A stretch of 47,831 bases of DNA, from positions 1-47,831 of the forward strand of contig JBPCLP010000056.1 in NCBI GenBank assembly GCA_051003195.1, in the 5' to 3' direction. Every line of letters begins with the position of its first letter. Position 1 is the stretch's first letter. Below are positions 47,527-47,831 of the stretch, one piece after another. The notes below the pieces were generated by a model that saw only the letters and a list, made by a program, of their open reading frames with translations, was not told the origin of the DNA and ran no database searches. Both the position numbers and the translations under genes were made by a program. Origin of the DNA: Candidatus Sumerlaeaceae bacterium (GTDB lineage Bacteria; Sumerlaeota; Sumerlaeia; Sumerlaeales; Sumerlaeaceae).

Positions 47527-47571
47527 AGCAGGCTGGAAGCCTGCTCTACCGCGCAAGATGCGCGTTCCCAC
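47527..47571 (-). repeat. Two adjacent REP-like palindromes (GTAG- and GTGG-type)
   Basis: Reverse strand gtagagcaggcttccagcctgct and gtgggaacgcgcatcttgcgc. Confidence 0.7.
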
Positions 47572-47831
47572 TCCGGGAAAAGTCGCGGAGCTGTCCGCAG
47601 AACTCCGCTGGCATGCATTGGTGGGTGTGTGGGTCATGCTGCAGGCGTATGTGTTCGGCTGATTGGATTAATGTATTAACCAGACGGTTCAGATGTGCCA
47701 CGGGCGACGCTGGCAAAAGCGGTTCTAAAGTACGCGCACTTGTACGTAGGGTGCGTGGAACATTTCGAGCGTGGGTGTGGACATATACGAGTAGTCGTCG
47801 GTGGGGGGTGCAGGGGGGTGCTCCTCGGTCT

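Noticed and set aside
47770..47831. Weak inverted similarity to 7300-7335
   Set aside because: Too short and degenerate, and cut off by the window edge
1..47831. tRNA, rRNA or intact integrase/transposase genes
   Set aside because: None recognised by eye; tRNAscan-SE and HMM searches would be needed to confirm absence

Overview
GC-rich bacterial chromosomal window. Three pilin-like proteins with a C-terminal YDPTNGTxSxG[DN] motif and an extended ECF sigma factor suggest Candidatus Sumerlaeota/BRC1 or a relative; this is an inference. A stable core (about 16.8-42.2 kb) carries comM, valS, recQ, a beta-helix protein, a type IV filament operon (PilM-PilN fusion, small TM/TPR protein, 1798-aa TPR-secretin), polX, namZ, an OppF-type ATPase, a MocA-like transferase, a sulfatase and glpD. 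The flanks (1-16.8 kb and 42.2-47.8 kb) are mosaic, with IS3 and RAYT remnants, several REP families, degenerate integron-cassette-like genes, orphan immunity-type genes and a Fic gene. Five observations stand out. (i) A dispersed non-coding element occurs twice (7.5-7.85 kb and 47.07-47.44 kb); it has two homologous hairpin modules whose stem sequence co-varies with a downstream tandem-repeat array. (ii) Integrase-less cargo blocks are bounded by duplicated 3' ends of glpD and fic, one junction abutting a REP. (iii) A REP palindrome sits in frame inside valS. (iv) A glpK deletion scar is fused to glpD. (v) A diversified YDPTNG pilin family includes a non-cleavable member and one coupled to an ECF-TIGR03435-like fusion. 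No rRNA, tRNA or CRISPR array was seen. All family calls come from motif recognition, not database searches.
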